A DNA stretch of 13,923 nucleotides from Paraspadella gotoi (lineage: Eukaryota > Animalia > Chaetognatha): NCBI GenBank assembly GCA_051294375.1, contig JBJCIZ010000404.1, positions 1 to 13,923 of the forward strand, given 5' to 3'. Each line of letters begins with the position of its first letter. Position 1 is the first letter of the stretch. The translations under genes and the position numbers were made by a program. A model generated the notes under the pieces. That model worked only from the letters and a program-made list of their open reading frames with translations. It did not search any database and had not been told where the DNA came from. Positions 10,034 to 13,923 of the stretch are shown one piece after another.

Positions 10034-10600
10034 NNNNNNNNNNNNNNNNNNNNNNNNNNNNNNNNNNNNNNNNNNNNNNNNNNNNNNNNNNNNNNNNNNN
10101 NNNNNNNNNNNNNNNNNNNNNNNNNNNNNNNNNNNNNNNNNNNNNNNNNNNNNNNNNNNNNNNNNNNNNNNNNNNNNNNNNNNNNNNNNNNNNNNNNNNN
10201 NNNNNNNNNNNNNNNNNNNNNNNNNNNNNNNNNNNNNNNNNNNNNNNNNNNNNNNNNNNNNNNNNNNNNNNNNNNNNNNNNNNNNNNNNNNNNNNNNNNN
10301 NNNNNNNNNNNNNNNNNNNNNNNNNNNNNNNNNNNNNNNNNNNNNNNNNNNNNNNNNNNNNNNNNNNNNNNNNNNNNNNNNNNNNNNNNNNNNNNNNNNN
10401 NNNNNNNNNNNNNNNNNNNNNNNNNNNNNNNNNNNNNNNNNNNNNNNNNNNNNNNNNNNNNNNNNNNNNNNNNNNNNNNNNNNNNNNNNNNNNNNNNNNN
10501 NNNNNNNNNNNNNNNNNNNNNNNNNNNNNNNNNNNNNNNNNNNNNNNNNNNNNNNNNNNNNNNNNNNNNNNNNNNNNNNNNNNNNNNNNNNNNNNNNNNN
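10034..10600. other. Assembly gap, 567 N, inside a cathepsin intron
   Basis: N run. Flanking exons join seamlessly (SAN-G-ALEGQ), so no coding exon is needed in the gap. Confidence 0.97.
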
Positions 10601-10638
10601 CAATGGGACAATAAGGGACATGTGAGGACACGAGGACA
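10601..10638 (+). repeat. 10-bp period GGACA minisatellite abutting the gap
   Basis: caatgGGACA ataagGGACA tgtgaGGACA cgaGGACA. Confidence 0.65.
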
Positions 10639-11029
10639 ACTCGGTGAAATCCTACAATGGTTGATAAAGAGAGAGAGAGAGAGCGCTTCTCGAGTTATTT
10701 TAGGGCTGCGCATTAGAGCATTGAAAATCACGGTTCCTTTTTACATCGATTTAATCGGCATGGAGTGCACAAGAATGAGATGTCCCGGGACACGTTTCCG
10801 GACCTTTGGGCTACACAAAAAAAGGGTTAATTAAAAAATTCACCTATTTTATTATTGAAAAATGACATTTAAGTGAAGAAGTTGAACATCTTCCGGCTCA
10901 TTTCAGTAAACATCCCTGTTCTCTAACATAAAAAAATCATAAAAGAATAGGATCGAGCCTCCCTTCAAATTCTACCTTCCCTCTCCCCACGGCCCACACT
11001 GCTTTACCAATCCCCTCTTCCCCCCTCAG

Positions 11030-11217
11030 GCGCCCTCGAAGGCCAATGGTTCAAACATTCGCATCCCTTGATTTCTTTCTCCGCACAAAACCTCATTGAT
11101 TGCTCCAGGCATCAAGGCAACAGAGGATGCTCGGGAGGCTATCCATCTAGGGCCTTTCGTTACGTCCAGCAAAACAAAGGCATCAATTCAAAGGCCGATT
11201 ACCCTTACCAGGCGAAG
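11030..11217 (+). CDS. CTSL: Cathepsin L-like protease exon (GALEGQWFKHSHPLISFSAQNLIDCSRHQGNRGCSGGYPSRAFRYVQQNKGINSKADYPYQAK)
   Basis: C-rich tract + CAG (AG 11028-11029). Phase 1 matches the previous donor. SxQNLxDC, GCxGG and YPY motifs. Donor GT at 11218, phase 0. Confidence 0.96.
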
Positions 11218-11223
11218 GTCGGT

Positions 11224-11323
11224 AGAGAGAGCGAGAGAAAGAGAGAAGAGAAAGAGAGAAGAGAGAGAGATATAGAGAAAGAGAGGAGAGATAGATAGAG
11301 AGAGTAGACAGAGAGCGCGAGAG
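11224..11323. repeat. Imperfect (GA)n microsatellite in intron
   Basis: ~100 bp almost pure purine GA repeat right after the donor. Confidence 0.9.
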
Positions 11324-11418
11324 CCTGTTGTTAGTTTAATTTAAATTGTTTATTGGTATTATGTCGTTCGAAAATTCAGTTATATTCAGTTATATTCCCT
11401 CTCTGTCTCTCAATCCAG

Positions 11419-11505
11419 GACGAACCTTGCCGCTACAATGCGGCGAGAGCCTACGACACCATCAAAGGCTACCAAAAAATTCCTCAAAACGAGAAGAGTC
11501 TTCAG
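11419..11505 (+). CDS. CTSL: Cathepsin L-like protease exon (DEPCRYNAARAYDTIKGYQKIPQNEKSLQ)
   Basis: ctctgtctctcaatccAG acceptor. CxY...GYxxIP..E.xL matches C1A. Donor CAG|GTTGAG at 11506, phase 0. Not in the ORF track. Confidence 0.93.
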
Positions 11506-12389
11506 GTTGAGTTTTTATTTCAATGGGGATAGTAAAGTTCCCCAGCCTGAAAAAACCCCATACTAAGTTCTCACTCGGTCCGGTTTCCCATTATTTCTTG
11601 TCTTAAATTCATTTTAAGGGCCTATTTTAATATGCTAAAACTTAAGGATTTTTCACCATTTGTTTTGTTTTGTTTTATTAATTAGAAAAAATATCTTGTT
11701 ATATTGGGGCGTGGCCTTAACCGGAAGTAAGGTTTCCAGCATATAAATGTTTTTATTGTTCTAATTTTTATAAAATTGATTTTAAATTCAACAAAATGTA
11801 ACCAATCTATTTCTCTGAGTTATATTTTGATTATATTTTATTATTCTGATAATCTAACAAATTATTAATTATCTTTGGTTTTAGAGCAATGGGCATTGGG
11901 CAATGAGTATTGGGCAAGCTTTGTCCTTTCTTTTTTCAATTCATTCAAAATTCAAAAAAATATTTTTTACCTCGGGTAAAAATAAATTACTTGTATAGGC
12001 ATAGACAACCCCATCGTCAAAAATCGTCTATAAGGTTTCCCGTTATTTATTTACATTAGAGGGGTTTTAACTCAAATTTGGACAAAAAATGTTACCGTCA
12101 AAGTCAAGTAGCGCAAACCTTGCTTTATAAATTTTATTTATTCTAAAAATCTTTAAATTTTTCTTTTTAGTTTATTTTTTTTAAAAATAAATACCAATTA
12201 TGCTACAAAACTGAGATGTTTATTTACTGAGTATATTTTTTGAAACAGTTCATCTGTACTGTGGGATAAAAATAACCGAAAGTAAAAAGATATAATTTTT
12301 GGGAAAATGCAATTAAAAAAAGTAAATTACAACTTATCACAATGCATTAAAACTATTATGGTGGACTAAAATCCACCAACCGTTCATCA

Positions 12390-12606
12390 GCGGCCATTGG
12401 TGCCGGAGGCAAGTCATTCGCCTCCCAACCCAAAGGTCCGGGGTTCTAGCCCGGTGGTCGTCTGGCAGTTAAGAGGGACGGGGCGCTTAACCCGCCTGTA
12501 ACATGGTGTTACAGCCTGATTCGAAGCTCAGGGACTGCTTATATTGAACGGTTCTGTCATTAACACTTATCAATAATTACTGTCTCTTCACTATTTATTA
12601 TATTAT
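12390..12606 (+). mobile_element. Probable tRNA-derived SINE (tRNA-Gly(CCC)-like head 12390-12461)
   Basis: A-box-like TGGTGCCGGAGG (12398-12409) and B-box-like GGTTCTAGCCC (12442-12452). CCGGG/CCCGG T-arm stem, CGGCCAT/GTGGTCG acceptor-like pairing, TCGCCTCCCA as in tRNA-Gly-CCC. Anticodon stem broken. GC-rich body and TTA/TAT-rich tail. 3' end approximate. Confidence 0.65.
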
Positions 12607-13357
12607 GAAATTGGTACAACCAATATAAAAATTATCCATTCATTTAATAAATAAGCTATCTTGCCCCTGACTTTGGACATATCATATACATTGGGTTGGA
12701 TCGATTTAATATTAGACAATTTTACGCAAAATTTAAAAAAAATTTAATACAATGTAATAAAACAACAGATAACAATATATTTATGCATATAAATCCAGGT
12801 TAGGTTTATTATAGCTTTTATTTTTTCTTTAATTACTACTTTGTAGCCTTTTGAAATATTTTTAAGTAAAGCTCAACACTTTAAATTATTAGTAAACGAG
12901 GACAGATTGTACTCTAACCTTGAGCTTTATTGATGCGCCCTCTATTACCAATAGTCAACACTGACCTCCTCCCAAAAATAAAATAATAAATAGAAAATAA
13001 CTCGGCACAGAAACTCCTCAATATAGTGCCAAGGAAAGAAGGTCGCCAGTGCCATGGCTCGACGCTTGACGTCAACGTCTCACAACAGACCTGAAGTCTA
13101 GATGACATAAAAATGCTCAGAAAACAAGGTCCTGAGATAATTAGCAAGGTGTTAATTAGAAGTCTGGGAATAAAAAACTAATGTCAATTGTATTAAAACT
13201 CAACTTTAAAATATAATTTAATATTATTCTAACTTCGTATTTGAAAACAGCAACATATAAGTGTTTAACTTGTTAAACTGCCAATTCTCACCAAAATAAT
13301 TAATTTAAAAATGTGCTACATTGCTTAAATGTATTTCACTATATTTCATTTGTCTTT

Positions 13358-13487
13358 CACACACTCTCTCTCTGAGCCTAACTTGTCCCCAATCTTAACC
13401 TGTTCTCTCTCTTTTGCTGTCCTTTTCTCAATTCTTTGTTGGAAAACCTTTCTCTTTCTCTCTCTCACTTTCTCTCTCTCTCTTTCT
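13358..13487. repeat. CT-rich microsatellite cluster
   Basis: Several (CT)n/(CA)n runs. Confidence 0.75.
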
Positions 13488-13923
13488 ATTCACAACATAT
13501 TATTTTTCGCTGATGAAGGCGAGCATACTAAACATGTACATTTTTCTTAGGAGAAAAACAATTAGTTCTCTGCAGAGTCGAAACATGTCTGCTGTAAACT
13601 ACTAATACAATTCGTTGCCAAAACAAATCTCCTAATTACTAAAAACAACGAAAACGAAAGTCTTGACACAATATCTATCCTTGAAAATACAAACAAATTC
13701 GTTTTCTGTCAGCAAAAGAAATAATTTTACTTAACTCAAAAAATATGCATAAAACCACTACAAATGAATTTTACGAACTTAATAACGGCTTTGAAAGGCC
13801 ATGATGATCCCATTTAATCTACAAAAACCCTCACCAATATCACTAACTCATCGAAAATAAGCTTGGAAATTAATAGTTGTTAAGACTTACATGGTGACAA
13901 TTTTACAAGCGCCGGTAAAAAAA

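Noticed and set aside
11887-11917. 14-bp tandem repeat caatgRgYattggg x2
   Set aside because: Too short; no further structure.
12390-12461. Functional tRNA-Gly gene
   Set aside because: Anticodon and D stems do not pair, T-loop deviates (TTCTA), and no oligo-T terminator follows.
13102-13150. MLRKQGPEII as the next cathepsin exon (xxGPxxV)
   Set aside because: No pyrimidine tract, phase does not fit the phase-0 donor at 11506, and no downstream F..Y..G.Y motif.

Overview
AT-rich eukaryotic (probably invertebrate animal) scaffold segment with two N-gaps (25 N at 6100-6124; 567 N at 10034-10600). The main gene is a + strand papain-family (C1A) cathepsin L-like cysteine protease. Four internal exons splice in frame (6444-6525, 9702-9833, 11030-11217, 11419-11505) and cover the end of the propeptide through the catalytic Cys to mid mature domain. 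The first exons and the His/Asn exons were not found. Inside the 3.2 kb intron after the first visible exon lies, antisense, a decayed CsRn1-type Ty3/Gypsy retrotransposon: KLPPF gag, CX2HX9CX3C knuckle, LVDSGA protease, start of RT, no LTRs seen. It retains a G GGA AAC -1 frameshift site with a stem-loop/possible pseudoknot and has an uninterrupted 191-codon ORF upstream of gag. A tRNA-Gly-like SINE lies downstream of the last visible exon. Bases 1-5350 hold a ~1.65 kb inverted, block-shuffled, indel-rich duplication that most likely is a long-read gap-filling artefact. I found no convincing wholly new biological system. The best leads are the frameshift cassette, the extra ORF, the cathepsin S2-pocket residues and some splice features.
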